Source: Acidimicrobiales bacterium
GTDB lineage: Bacteria; Actinomycetota; Acidimicrobiia; Acidimicrobiales; SZUA-35
Length of the DNA: 59,145 nucleotides
Direction: 5' to 3'
Assembly (NCBI GenBank): GCA_041594435.1
Contig: JBFHME010000003.1
Coordinates: 1 to 59,145 of the forward strand
Shown here: in pieces, positions 1 through 8,997 of the stretch
Numbering within the stretch: the stretch's first letter is position 1
Layout of the letters: each line of letters opens with the position of its first letter
Notes under the pieces: generated by a model
Seen by the model: only the letters and a program-made list of their open reading frames with translations
What the model was told of the DNA's origin: nothing
Databases searched by the model: none
Program-made: the position numbers and the translations under genes

Positions 1-119
1 ACCACGAGCTGAGCCGCAGCGGTCAACCCCGTCACCGGGTCGAGCGCTTCGAGATCATCCACGAGTTCTATGCCCGTCACCTGGGCGGTGCCGACCTCGA
101 CACGGCCCACCTCCCCTAA
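1..119 (+). CDS. 3' end of an unidentified CDS truncated by the window edge
   Basis: Open frame with codons starting at nt 3 (...HELSRSGQPRHRVERFEIIHEFYARHLGGADLDTAHLP) ends at TAA 117-119. Third codon positions are almost all G/C, as in the confident genes. A hairpin plus T-run follows. No family recognised. Confidence 0.35.
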   Translation, partial: HELSRSGQPRHRVERFEIIHEFYARHLGGADLDTAHLP

Positions 120-183
120 CGGTTCCATCGTCGAGGGTCCTGCCGCTCGCTGGGACCTCCCGGCCCCTACCCGACCGGGCGAC

Positions 184-226
184 ATGAAGCGAACACGCGC
201 GAACGCGCGCGATTCTGCTTCATTTT
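184..226 (+). terminator. Imperfect GC hairpin followed by a T-run; probable intrinsic terminator of the truncated upstream gene
   Basis: ATGAAGCGAACACGCGCG / CGCGCGCGATTCTGCTTCAT pair (outer 7 bp, GAA/TTC, inner CGCGCG, with bulges), followed by TTT. Sequence-related to the palindrome at 1209-1254. Confidence 0.5.
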
Positions 227-280
227 GGGCGTGATGGGACAGGCGTCTTCGCTGTCGGCGGGTATCGGTATGTTTGTCGC

Positions 281-1201
281 ATGCGAATCGATGACGCGTT
301 TCAGGCGCTCGTCGAGCTCGCGGCCTCTCGACACAACGCCTTTCATTCAATCGAGGCCGCCCACATGGTGCCACCTCATCGTCTTCGACGAGCGGCGAAT
401 CGCGGGGTCTTGACACGGCTCGGCCCGCGGATCAGGTCGATCACCGCCCTCGGCTCACCGCCGGGGCAGGCGCTCCGCGTTGCCTCCTTGGAAACCTCCG
501 GGGCGGCTCTTTGCCACCGAGGCGCCGGCTGGCTACACGGGTGGTTCCAAAGCCCGCCGGCCATGGCCGACGTGTGGGTACCGGGCCATGGTCGCCGTAC
601 GGGTCGCTCGGTGCGACAACACCGGGTGACCGCTGTCGATCCTGACCGCGATGTCACCGAGGTCGGCGGTATTCGCACGTTGAATGCTGCAGCCACCTTG
701 TGCCTGCTGGGGCGGGTGGAGACCGACGACGTCATCGAGAACTGCCTCGACGTGTTCCTGCAGACCCACTCGCCTGCCTGGTTGGTCGAGACACTCGACC
801 GGCTCTGGACCGACAACGGTGCCGGTCCGGCGGCGCTGCGACGAGTGCTGAACCATCCGGCTCGTCACCTTGGCTTGGTGGAGTCGCCCTTCGAGCGACG
901 AGTGCAGCGGATCCTGGCCGAGGCCGACCTGCCGCCCATCGTCCTGCAGCACCACGTATCGGTCGGACGTCGTCGCTACCGAATCGACCTCGCCATGCCG
1001 TCCATCAAGCTCGGTGTGGAAAGTCACGGACGTCGGTTCCATTGGGGCCGGCGAGCCGAGGAGGCCGACAATCAGCGGGATATGACACTGGCCGGCGTTG
1101 GTTGGCAACTCCTGTACGTCACGTGGGACCAGCTCCAAGACCCGTCTGCGCTCCGGAATCGGATTGTCGCCGCCGCCCGAGCTCGACTCGTTGAACCCTG
1201 A
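281..1201 (+). CDS. DUF559 / Vsr-like endonuclease-domain protein
   Basis: The C-terminal region (RRYRIDLAMPSIKLGVESHGRRFHWGRRAEEADNQRDMTLAGVGWQLLYVTWDQL) looks like the DUF559 restriction-endonuclease-like fold common in actinobacteria. By eye there are more A/T-ending codons than in neighbouring genes. Confidence 0.7.
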   Translation: MRIDDAFQALVELAASRHNAFHSIEAAHMVPPHRLRRAANRGVLTRLGPRIRSITALGSPPGQALRVASLETSGAALCHRGAGWLHGWFQSPPAMADVWVPGHGRRTGRSVRQHRVTAVDPDRDVTEVGGIRTLNAAATLCLLGRVETDDVIENCLDVFLQTHSPAWLVETLDRLWTDNGAGPAALRRVLNHPARHLGLVESPFERRVQRILAEADLPPIVLQHHVSVGRRRYRIDLAMPSIKLGVESHGRRFHWGRRAEEADNQRDMTLAGVGWQLLYVTWDQLQDPSALRNRIVAAARARLVEP

Positions 1202-1208
1202 TCGGCAT

Positions 1209-1254
1209 GACATGAAGCAAACCCGCGCGGTACCGCGCGGGTTTGCTTCATGTC
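1209..1254. terminator. Perfect 46-nt palindrome between convergent genes; probable bidirectional terminator
   Basis: GACATGAAGCAAACCCGCGCGG-TA-CCGCGCGGGTTTGCTTCATGTC has 22-nt perfectly complementary arms. It lies between the DUF559 stop (1201) and the sucD stop (1288). Confidence 0.6.
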
Positions 1255-1287
1255 GATCGGAATGGCCCGGAGGACCGGGGATATCGA

Positions 1288-2172
1288 CTACAGCGAGGCG
1301 ACGATCTCGGCCATGAGTTCGCCGGCTTCGGTGGGATTCTGGCCCACCATGACGCCGGCGTCGGCCAGAGCCTCCATCTTGGCCTGGGCCGTGCCCTTGC
1401 CGCCGGAGACGATGGCACCGGCGTGGCCCATCTTCTTGCCCGGTGGCGCCGTGACCCCGGCGACGTAGGAGGTCACCGGCTTCGTCATGGACGACTTGAT
1501 GAACTCGGCCGCCTCCTCCTCGGCCGAACCGCCGATCTCACCGATCATCATCACGGCCCTGGTCTCCGGGTCGGCCTCGAACGCCTGCAGGCAGTCGATG
1601 AACGTGGTGCCGGGGACCGGGTCGCCACCGATGCCGACGCAGGTGGTCACCCCGATGTCCTTCTGCTTCAGCTCGTAGAGAGCCTGGTAGGTCAGCGTGC
1701 CCGACCGGCTGACGATGCCGACCGGACCGCCGGGTTTGGCTATATGCCCGGCCGTGATGCCGATGTTGCACTTTCCGGGACTGATGATGCCGGGACAGTT
1801 CGGGCCCAACAGTCGCGTGTCGGGGAAGTCGTTCTTCAGCTTGTTGTAGAAGTAGGCCTCATCGTGGGCCGGGACACCTTCGGTGATGGCCACGATGAAC
1901 TCGATACCGGCCTCGGCCGCCTCGATCACCGCGCCTCGAACGCCGGGGGCGGGGATGAAGATGCATGACACGGTGGCTCCGGTGGCTTCCATGGCCTCGC
2001 TCACCGAGGTGTAGATCGGCACGCCGTCCACCTCGGTTCCGCCCTTCTTCGGGTGGGTTCCGGCCACGACCTGCGTGCCGTAGGCCTTGTTGAGGCCGCC
2101 GTAGTAGCTGCCCTGGGAGCCGGTAAGCCCCTGGTAGACGACCTTGGTGTTCTCGTCGACGAAAATGCTCAT
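1288..2172 (-). CDS. sucD: Succinyl-CoA synthetase (ADP-forming) alpha subunit
   Basis: [24 protein letters not shown]...[17 protein letters not shown] is canonical SucD. GGAGAGG Shine-Dalgarno (SD) sequence upstream. Starts 4 nt after the sucC stop. Confidence 0.95.
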   Translation of the reverse strand: MSIFVDENTKVVYQGLTGSQGSYYGGLNKAYGTQVVAGTHPKKGGTEVDGVPIYTSVSEAMEATGATVSCIFIPAPGVRGAVIEAAEAGIEFIVAITEGVPAHDEAYFYNKLKNDFPDTRLLGPNCPGIISPGKCNIGITAGHIAKPGGPVGIVSRSGTLTYQALYELKQKDIGVTTCVGIGGDPVPGTTFIDCLQAFEADPETRAVMMIGEIGGSAEEEAAEFIKSSMTKPVTSYVAGVTAPPGKKMGHAGAIVSGGKGTAQAKMEALADAGVMVGQNPTEAGELMAEIVASL

Positions 2173-2176
2173 TGGT

Positions 2177-3331
2177 TCAAACCTCTCCGTTGGCCTCGGC
2201 CAATTCGACGGCCTTGCGTGCTGCGCTCAGCATCGTGTCCTCCATCATCAGCATGTCGCTGAGATGGGGCTTCAGGATCGCTCGTCCCTCATCCGCGTTC
2301 GTCCCGTCCAGGCGGATGACGATCGGGGCGTCGATCGACACCCGCTTGACGGCCTCGATGATGCCGTTGGCCACCTCCTCGCCCCGGGTGATGCCGCCGA
2401 AGATGTTGATGAGGATCGACTTGACCTCGGGATCGTCGTTGATGACCTCGAGTGCCCCGGCCATCACGTCGGCGTTGGCGCCACCGCCGATGTCGAGGAA
2501 GTTGGCCGGTGCACCACCGACCTGGTTGACCATGTCGACGGTGCTCATGGCGAGGCCTGCGCCGTTGGCGATCACGCCGACGGAACCCTCGAGGCCGACG
2601 TACTGCAGCCCCTTCTCATGAGCCGCCTCCTCCCGCTCGTCGCGGGGCTGGGTGGCGTCGTACTGCTCGTAGTCGGGGTGCTCGTAGACGGCGTTGCCGT
2701 CGAGCGACACCTTGGCATCGAGGGCGTGGACCTCGCCCGTGGGCTTCAGGATCAGGGGGTTGATCTCCACCAGATCGGCGTCACCCTCGACGTAGGCGTT
2801 GTAGAGCTTCAGGAGGATATCGACCGCACCCTCGGTGGCGGCCGGGTTCAGATTGGCGGCCGCCACCCAGGCCCGGCAGGCCTCTTCGGTCAGGCCCTCG
2901 GTGGGGTCGACCCAGATCTTGGCGATGGCATCGGGGTTCGAGTCGGCCACCGCCTCGATTTCCACGCCCCCCTCGGCGGACAGCATCCCGAGGTGCTTCT
3001 TGGCCGACCGGTCGAGGGTGAAGCTGGCGTAGTACTCCTCGGCGATGTCCGACGCCTTCTCGATCCAGATCGTCTTCACGATGTGGCCTTTGATGTCGAG
3101 TCCGAGGATGTTGGAGGCGTGGGTGCGGCACTCGTCGGCATTCTCGGCGAGCTTGACACCGCCGGCCTTGCCGCGACCACCGGTGTGAACCTGGGCCTTC
3201 ACCACCACCGGATAGCCGATTCGATCAGCGATGGCGACGGCCTCGTCGACGTCGCCCGTGGCCTCACCGGGTGAAACGGGTATGCCGTAGGTGGCGAAGA
3301 ACTGCTTGCCTTGATATTCGAGTAGATCCAC
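2177..3331 (-). CDS. sucC: Succinyl-CoA synthetase beta subunit
   Basis: The conserved N-terminus VDLLEYQGKQFFATYGIPV begins at GTG 3331, preceded by GGGAGA. ATP-grasp and CoA-ligase regions are recognisable. The 72-codon upstream extension of ORF 2177..3547 is R/P-rich and unlike any family. Confidence 0.93.
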   Translation of the reverse strand: MDLLEYQGKQFFATYGIPVSPGEATGDVDEAVAIADRIGYPVVVKAQVHTGGRGKAGGVKLAENADECRTHASNILGLDIKGHIVKTIWIEKASDIAEEYYASFTLDRSAKKHLGMLSAEGGVEIEAVADSNPDAIAKIWVDPTEGLTEEACRAWVAAANLNPAATEGAVDILLKLYNAYVEGDADLVEINPLILKPTGEVHALDAKVSLDGNAVYEHPDYEQYDATQPRDEREEAAHEKGLQYVGLEGSVGVIANGAGLAMSTVDMVNQVGGAPANFLDIGGGANADVMAGALEVINDDPEVKSILINIFGGITRGEEVANGIIEAVKRVSIDAPIVIRLDGTNADEGRAILKPHLSDMLMMEDTMLSAARKAVELAEANGEV

Positions 3332-3536
3332 GTGAGTCTCCCGTGTCGGGTCCTTGCGGGCGCCGGGCTGCCACACGACCCGGCCCGATGTCGGAGCGGT
3401 GCGGAGTGACAGAGGGCAACGTTGGACGCCATTGACTGATACTGCTGCGATACTAGTGGGGTGGAACGACGGCCGCGGCTCCGGGTCGGGTCGTCGGTCG
3501 AAATCGGTCGCCGGCCGTAGCCCCCTCACCCCCTCG

Positions 3537-4049
3537 ATGGTCTTCATGCCCGTTGCTCAAGGATCACAAACCGACGCCCGCCAGGCCGTACTCATCGCCT
3601 TGGGCGGCATCGCCGCGTTTCTCACGCTCGTCTTTCTCATCACCCGACTTGGTTCGTTGGGCAACGACGGTGCCGAGGTTCCGATCCAACTGGGCGAACC
3701 GGTCTTCCAGGCCGGCAACGCGGCCGATCTGGCGGCCTTCATCGCCGAGGGCGACCCGCTCCTCCTCCCGGATGCATCGGGCGGCGACCGCGACATCGTG
3801 CTCAACCACCTCGGCGGCTCACCGGATGAGGGCTGGGTGGCGTTCGCTGCTCGGGACCTGACGGCGCCGCGCAACTGCTTCGTCGAGTGGCAGCCCGGGC
3901 GCTCGCTCTTCGTCGATTCCTGCGACGGCACCGAGTACCCGCCCGACGGTCGGGGACTCGAGCAGTACGGCACCTCGATCGACGACGACGGCAACCTCGT
4001 CGTCAACCTCAACATCGTCGACGACACCGCCGTCACGGCGGGGGGTTGA
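3537..4049 (+). CDS. Hypothetical membrane-anchored protein
   Basis: Strong G/C third-position bias. One N-terminal TM segment (VLIALGGIAAFLTLVFLITRL) followed by a soluble domain. No family recognised. Start (ATG 3537 or 3546) is uncertain. Confidence 0.55.
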   Translation: MVFMPVAQGSQTDARQAVLIALGGIAAFLTLVFLITRLGSLGNDGAEVPIQLGEPVFQAGNAADLAAFIAEGDPLLLPDASGGDRDIVLNHLGGSPDEGWVAFAARDLTAPRNCFVEWQPGRSLFVDSCDGTEYPPDGRGLEQYGTSIDDDGNLVVNLNIVDDTAVTAGG

Positions 4050-4053
4050 GGAC

Positions 4054-4875
4054 ATGGCCTTCCTCCTTGCCCAGTTGAGCGACACCCACGTGGTGGGTCC
4101 GGATCACACCGGTGAGCTCTACGTCGACAACAACGCCCGGCTCCGGCTCGCCGTCGAGCGGCTCCTGGCCGAGACGGTGGCGCCCGACGCCGTGCTGTTG
4201 ACCGGCGATCTCACCGACCTCGGATCCGACACCGAGATGGCCATCGTCGCGGAGCTGCTCGCGCCGCTACCGATGCCGGTGCTCGTGGTGCCCGGCAACC
4301 ACGATCTGCGGCCTTCGCTCAGGGCGGCGTTCGGAATGCCCTGGGCCGGGGACGACAACATGAGCTGGGTCGTCGAGGCCGGTCCGATCACGGTCGTCGG
4401 GCTCGACACCCTGGCCGCCGATCAGATCGACGACGACGGCGAAATCTGCCACGGCGGCCAATTCGACGACACCCGAGCCCGGTGGCTCGACGAGATGCTG
4501 GGCGCAACCGCAGGCCGGCCGACGGCGATCGCCATGCACCACCCCCCGTTCCCCACCGGGATCGGCTGGATGGACGAGACCGGCCTCGACAACCGCCGTC
4601 GCTTTGCGGAGGTGATCGGCTCTCACCGGCATGTCAATCGCATCTTCTGCGGTCATCTGCATCGCCCGATCACCACGACGATCGCCGGTGTACTGTGCAG
4701 CACCGGTGTGAGCACGATCCACCAGGTCGAACTCAATCTCGCCCCCGGTGCCCGCCCCCAGGTCGTCTGTGATCCTCCCGGCTACCAGTTGCATGTCTTC
4801 GACGAAGGGTCCTGGATCACCCACACCCGACACTTCGACACGGGCCGGCAGGTCATCGATCCGGACTGGGCGTAG
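4054..4875 (+). CDS. Metallophosphoesterase (CpdA-like phosphodiesterase family)
   Basis: Motifs SDTH, GDLTD, GNHD and HHPP are present. GAGGA SD before the ATG. Confidence 0.85.
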   Translation: MAFLLAQLSDTHVVGPDHTGELYVDNNARLRLAVERLLAETVAPDAVLLTGDLTDLGSDTEMAIVAELLAPLPMPVLVVPGNHDLRPSLRAAFGMPWAGDDNMSWVVEAGPITVVGLDTLAADQIDDDGEICHGGQFDDTRARWLDEMLGATAGRPTAIAMHHPPFPTGIGWMDETGLDNRRRFAEVIGSHRHVNRIFCGHLHRPITTTIAGVLCSTGVSTIHQVELNLAPGARPQVVCDPPGYQLHVFDEGSWITHTRHFDTGRQVIDPDWA

Positions 4876-5149
4876 CGTCCCGCTTACCGGGACCACTCCA
4901 CCAGGAGGAACACTCGGAAACGCTCCTCATGGAGCCAGGCGTCCACGTAACGATCAGATGGCGAGCTGACTACTCCCCCACGCCACAGCTACATAACCGT
5001 TCCGCCGTGCGCTATGGTATGTCGCAGATACAACCAACTGAAGATGGGTTGATCACGGGAACATGGTGCCGTTCCGGTGCCAGAAGGGGGGCTGCCCGTG
5101 GTCGATCTGCTACTCCGGTTCAACGAGCCGGAAGGGGAGCAAGGATTAC

Positions 5150-6853
5150 ATGGACTTCAAACGACTTGACGTGTTCCGTCGAAACGTTGGGCCGGTTCAG
5201 CTCGATCTGATCGAGTCGTACGCCCAGGGCCGGATCGGTCGCCGCGACTTCCTCAAGCGAGGCACGATCATCGGCCTGTCGATGCCCGTGATGGGCTCGA
5301 TCATCGCCGCGTGCGGTGGTGACGACGACGGCGAGGCCGACGGTTCCGGCGACACCGGAAGCGGCGCCACCGCGGACGGCGGCAACCTCGTGGTCGCCAT
5401 CCAGCAGGGCGATGCCAACTCGGGCCTCGACCCGGTCAACATGCTCGATCTCGGCACCTACGCCGTGATCTCGCAGAGCTTCGAATACCTGGTCGGCGTG
5501 GGCGCCGACGGCAACATCGGCGACACCGGTCTGGCCACCGCCTGGGAGGCCAACGAAGACGGCTCGGTCTGGACGTTCACCCTGCGTGAGGGCGTCAAGT
5601 GGCAAAGCGGTGCCGACTTCACCTCGGCCGACGTCGCCGCCACCATGGACCGTCTGGCCGCTCAGGGCAACGCCGGTCTCGCCGGCGTGATCGATCAGGG
5701 TTCGGTCGACGCGTCGGATCCCGGCGTCGCCGTTATCAACCTCATCGAGCCGAACGGCAACTTCCCCGTTCTGGTCTCCACCTTCAACGCCCAGTCGGTC
5801 ATCACCCCGGCCGACTACACGGACGGCACCACGCTCGACGAGCGGCCCGACGGCACCGGTGCCTGGAAGTTCGTGAGCTTCGATCCGACCACCTTCGTGG
5901 TTCGGTTCGAGCGCAACCCCGACTGGTGGGGCGGCGCGACCCCGCTCGACACCATCGAGCTCCGGGGCTTTTCGGATCTCGGTACCGCCGTGACCGCCAT
6001 GACCTCGCGTGACATCGACGCCATTCAGCAGTTCACCGTGATCGGAGGTGAGGGTCTTCTGGACGACGAGAACTTCACGGTGCTGACGCCCCCGGCCGCC
6101 ACCCACCGTCAGGTGTGGTTCAACACTCAGCAGGGCCAGTACACAGACAAGCTGGTCCGCCGGGCCATGGCCTACTGCCTCGACCGCAACGAGATGGTCA
6201 CGACCCTGTTCAACGGGCGGGCGGAGATCGCCAACGACCACCCCGTCCTGTCGACACTGCCGTTCTTCGACCCGGATGCGGTCGAGCAGCGCACCCGCGA
6301 CATCGACATGGCCAAGTCGTTGCTCAGCGAGGCCGGCGTAACCGAGGTCAGCGGCACGATCGAGACCGGCGACATCCAGGAGATTCCCGATCTTGCTGCC
6401 ATCATCCAGCGCAACGCCGCGGAGGCCGGGTTCAATCTTCAGGTCAGCACACAGTCGAACTCGACCTTCTACGGCAACGCATGGTGCCCCGACGACGGTG
6501 ACGATTCGACGGTCCCCTGCTGGGGTTCGGCCGAGTTCGGTATCGTCGACTACGGGCACCGTCCGACCCCGGACGTGTACTTCAGCTCGGCTCTGGCCTC
6601 GGGCGGAGTCTGGAACTCGTCGGTGTGGGAGAATTCCGACTTCGACGCTCTGCTCTCCCAGTACCGCACATCAGTCACGGTCGACGATCAGAAGGCAGCG
6701 GTCGGCGAGATCCAGAAGCTCATGCACGAGGAGACGCCGGCCTGCTACCCGTACTTCTACAACTACTTGTCAGGGCACGACACCAGCGTCTCGGGCATGC
6801 AGTCAACCGCGCTGGGTCACGTGATCCTGAGTGGGGCGTCCAAGAGCGCCTGA
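5150..6853 (+). CDS. ABC transporter substrate-binding lipoprotein, family 5 (peptide/nickel type), Tat signal
   Basis: Twin-arginine GRRDFLKRG plus lipobox IIAACGG. SBP_bac_5-like body. AAGGA SD 4 nt before ATG 5150. Confidence 0.88.
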   Translation: MDFKRLDVFRRNVGPVQLDLIESYAQGRIGRRDFLKRGTIIGLSMPVMGSIIAACGGDDDGEADGSGDTGSGATADGGNLVVAIQQGDANSGLDPVNMLDLGTYAVISQSFEYLVGVGADGNIGDTGLATAWEANEDGSVWTFTLREGVKWQSGADFTSADVAATMDRLAAQGNAGLAGVIDQGSVDASDPGVAVINLIEPNGNFPVLVSTFNAQSVITPADYTDGTTLDERPDGTGAWKFVSFDPTTFVVRFERNPDWWGGATPLDTIELRGFSDLGTAVTAMTSRDIDAIQQFTVIGGEGLLDDENFTVLTPPAATHRQVWFNTQQGQYTDKLVRRAMAYCLDRNEMVTTLFNGRAEIANDHPVLSTLPFFDPDAVEQRTRDIDMAKSLLSEAGVTEVSGTIETGDIQEIPDLAAIIQRNAAEAGFNLQVSTQSNSTFYGNAWCPDDGDDSTVPCWGSAEFGIVDYGHRPTPDVYFSSALASGGVWNSSVWENSDFDALLSQYRTSVTVDDQKAAVGEIQKLMHEETPACYPYFYNYLSGHDTSVSGMQSTALGHVILSGASKSA

Positions 6854-6891
6854 CCGTAACGACAAGCCAACCAAATTCAGCAAGCGGATTT

Positions 6892-6920
6892 GAGGCGGCG
6901 ACGGGTTCCGTCGCCGCCTC
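6892..6920 (+). terminator. Intra-operon GC hairpin after the binding-protein gene (attenuator or mRNA stabiliser)
   Basis: GAGGCGGCGACGG-GTT-CCGTCGCCGCCTC forms a perfect 13-bp stem 39 nt after the stop codon. No T-run. Confidence 0.45.
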
Positions 6921-6970
6921 TGCCGTCTCAACCACAGGTCAACCAACAGCAACGAAACAAGGGGGAACAC

Positions 6971-8011
6971 GTGAGCGTTCCAGATGCTCAGGTAGCCCAG
7001 GGGGCAGAGCCGACACCGGCGGGAGCCGAGACCAAAGTCCGAAGACAATTCGGCGGCTCGATGTTTCAGTTTTTGATACGTCGTTTGCTCCTGGCGGTGG
7101 TAACACTCTTTCTCATCCTGGTCATCGTGTTCGCCCTGACCCGGGTGTTTCCGTCGGATCCGGCCCGCCAGTTGGCCGGGCCATTCGCCTCGGAGGAGCG
7201 GGTGGCGTCGCTCACCGAGAACCTCGGCCTCGATGACCCGCTGATCACCCAGTTCGGCCGTCTCCTGTGGTCGGTTGTGACGCTCGACTTCGGTGAGTCG
7301 TTCTCCCAACCCGGTGTTCGGGTACTTGATCTCGTGCGACCGGCCCTGTGGAACTCGGCCAAGCTGGTCGGGCTGGCGCTGATCCTGACCCTGCCGATCT
7401 CGATTCTGGGCGGCATCTGGGCCGCCTTCAAGAAGGACACGCTGGCCGATCGGAGCATCGTGTCGTTCGGCCTGGCCAGCGCCTCGATTCCCGATTTCGT
7501 GTCCGGTGTGTTCCTGCAGTTCATCATCGGGGTACAGCTGGGTTGGCTGCCGGCCATCTCGAACGCGCCCGACAATGCCGGCATCTTCACGCAGCTGCGT
7601 TATATCCTCCTGCCGGCGCTCGCCATCGTCTTCGTGTACTTCGGCTACATCGCTCGCATCACCCGAGCCGGAGCGATCACCGCCTTCGAGTCGGACTACA
7701 CCCGCACGGCGTTCATGAAGGGTCTCAGTCCGAATGAGGTGATCCGGAAACACGTCATGAAGAACGCCCTGCAACCGACGGTCGCCGTGACCGGTACGCA
7801 GATGGGCTACCTGTTCGGCGGTCTGGTCGGCCTGGAACTGGTGTTCAACTATCCCGGTCTGGGTGGACTCATCTTCCGTGCGGCCACCGCTCCCGACTTC
7901 CCGCTCCTCCAGGCCGGGGTCGTGACCGTGGCCATCATCTTCATGTTGTCGACGCTGGCCGCCGACCTACTGATCGCCTGGATGAACCCCCGGGCCCGGA
8001 TCTCGTCATAA
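6971..8011 (+). CDS. ABC transporter permease (DppB/OppB-like)
   Basis: Conserved MFQFLIRRLLLAVVTLFLILVIVFALTR... core. I prefer GTG 6971 because AAGGGGGAA sits just upstream. ATG 7061 is the alternative start. Confidence 0.85.
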   Translation: MSVPDAQVAQGAEPTPAGAETKVRRQFGGSMFQFLIRRLLLAVVTLFLILVIVFALTRVFPSDPARQLAGPFASEERVASLTENLGLDDPLITQFGRLLWSVVTLDFGESFSQPGVRVLDLVRPALWNSAKLVGLALILTLPISILGGIWAAFKKDTLADRSIVSFGLASASIPDFVSGVFLQFIIGVQLGWLPAISNAPDNAGIFTQLRYILLPALAIVFVYFGYIARITRAGAITAFESDYTRTAFMKGLSPNEVIRKHVMKNALQPTVAVTGTQMGYLFGGLVGLELVFNYPGLGGLIFRAATAPDFPLLQAGVVTVAIIFMLSTLAADLLIAWMNPRARISS

Positions 8012-8022
8012 GGGGATTTGAG

Positions 8023-8961
8023 ATGGAAGAAAGCAACGTCGTCGAAGACGAGCAGCACGTCGAGGTGGAACAGCCGGAACTCGTTCCGATGAGCACGGCC
8101 CCGGCTCTCGACCGCAAGTCGGTCCGAGCCGAACAGCGACGCGAGCTGTTCCGCACACCATCGTTCCTGATCGGACTGTTCATCGTACTGCTGTGGCTGG
8201 CCTGCGGCATCCTACCGGAGGTGTTCGCCCGTTACCCGGAACTCGACCCCGTTCGGGTCGACGGCCAGGTGATCCCCCGCGCGGCACCGAGCGCCGATGC
8301 CTGGTTCGGAACCGACGGCACCGGACGTGATGTGTTCTCCCGCGTGGTCTACGGTGCCGACAACGTGCTGATCAACGCACCGGCCGCCGCACTGATAGCC
8401 GTGGCCCTGGGTGCCCTACTCGGCCTCATCATGGGTTACTACCGAGGCTGGGTCGACGAGGTCATGAGCCGGATCATGGAAGCGGTCCTGTCGCTCCCGG
8501 TGATTTTGCTGGCCATCATGGTGCTGGTCGTGTTCGGTGCGTCGCGTCTCGCGATCATTCTGACGATTGCCGGCCTCTTCACCCCCGTCGTGACCAGAAC
8601 GGTGCGAGCCGCGGTGTTGACCGAATCCCAGCTCGACTATGTGGCCGCGGCGAAGTTACGTGGTGAGTCGGGCCTGTTCATCATGTTGCGGGAGATCCTG
8701 CCAAACATCACGAACGTCCTGGTGGTGGAGTTCACCGTCCGTGTCGGCTATGCCATCTTCACCGTGGCGACCCTGGCCTTCCTGGGTCTCGGCGCCGACG
8801 ACGTCACGGTGGCCGACTGGGGCACCGACATATCACAGAGCTACGACCTTGTGAAGGCCGGCCAGTGGTGGCCGTCCATCTTCCCGGCGCTGGCCATCGC
8901 AATCCTCGTCATCGGCGTCAATCTCATTGCCGACTCATTGGACAAAGTCTACAAGGGCTGA
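8023..8961 (+). CDS. ABC transporter permease (DppC/OppC-like)
   Basis: Typical BPD_transp_1 permease with an N-terminal OppC-type extension. AAGGGGA SD. Confidence 0.9.
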   Translation: MEESNVVEDEQHVEVEQPELVPMSTAPALDRKSVRAEQRRELFRTPSFLIGLFIVLLWLACGILPEVFARYPELDPVRVDGQVIPRAAPSADAWFGTDGTGRDVFSRVVYGADNVLINAPAAALIAVALGALLGLIMGYYRGWVDEVMSRIMEAVLSLPVILLAIMVLVVFGASRLAIILTIAGLFTPVVTRTVRAAVLTESQLDYVAAAKLRGESGLFIMLREILPNITNVLVVEFTVRVGYAIFTVATLAFLGLGADDVTVADWGTDISQSYDLVKAGQWWPSIFPALAIAILVIGVNLIADSLDKVYKG

Positions 8962-8997
8962 TTTTTACGCTCTCACGAAACGGGGGATCATATTCCT

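Noticed and set aside
281-1201. DUF559 gene as part of a restriction, toxin-antitoxin or other defence system.
   Set aside because: It is a lone gene between housekeeping loci with no methyltransferase, antitoxin, ATPase or other partner within reach. Only the flanking hairpins are notable.
2144-3274. Long ORFs antisense to confident genes. Examples: 2144..3274(+), 5120..6559(-), 12402..13808(+), 24949..26823(+), 27373..28815(+), 28121..29629(-), 30241..32583(-), 35734..36867(+), 36834..38501(+), 40837..42975(+), 42866..44707(+), 44644..46158(+), 50259..51461(+).
   Set aside because: These are typical high-GC shadow frames. Their translations are R/G/D/P/H-rich, have no recognisable motifs and lack the G/C third-position bias. 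The opposite strand encodes clear family members in every case.
3332-3547. N-terminal extensions of track ORFs: sucC to 3547, FemAB to 37266, sugar transferase to 41404, CapK-like from 51950, pcrA to 21199, zinc-ribbon A to 17428, SBP from 5063.
   Set aside because: The extensions overlap neighbouring genes or promoter regions, are R/P-rich, and lose the third-position G/C bias (checked codon by codon for 17333-17428). Conserved N-termini with SD sequences or GTGA/ATGA coupling lie downstream.
3537-4049. Rieske-like Cys spacing (NCFVEW...DSCDGTEY) in the membrane-anchored hypothetical protein.
   Set aside because: The two His ligands of the CxH...CxxH Rieske motif are missing, so I make no cofactor claim.
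4876-5149. Possible cobalamin or NiCo riboswitch upstream of the peptide/nickel-type ABC operon.
   Set aside because: I found GGGAAC and GGTGCC elements but no B12-box-like CCCGCCACTG core or any other consensus I can recall. It is kept only as an unexplained long leader.
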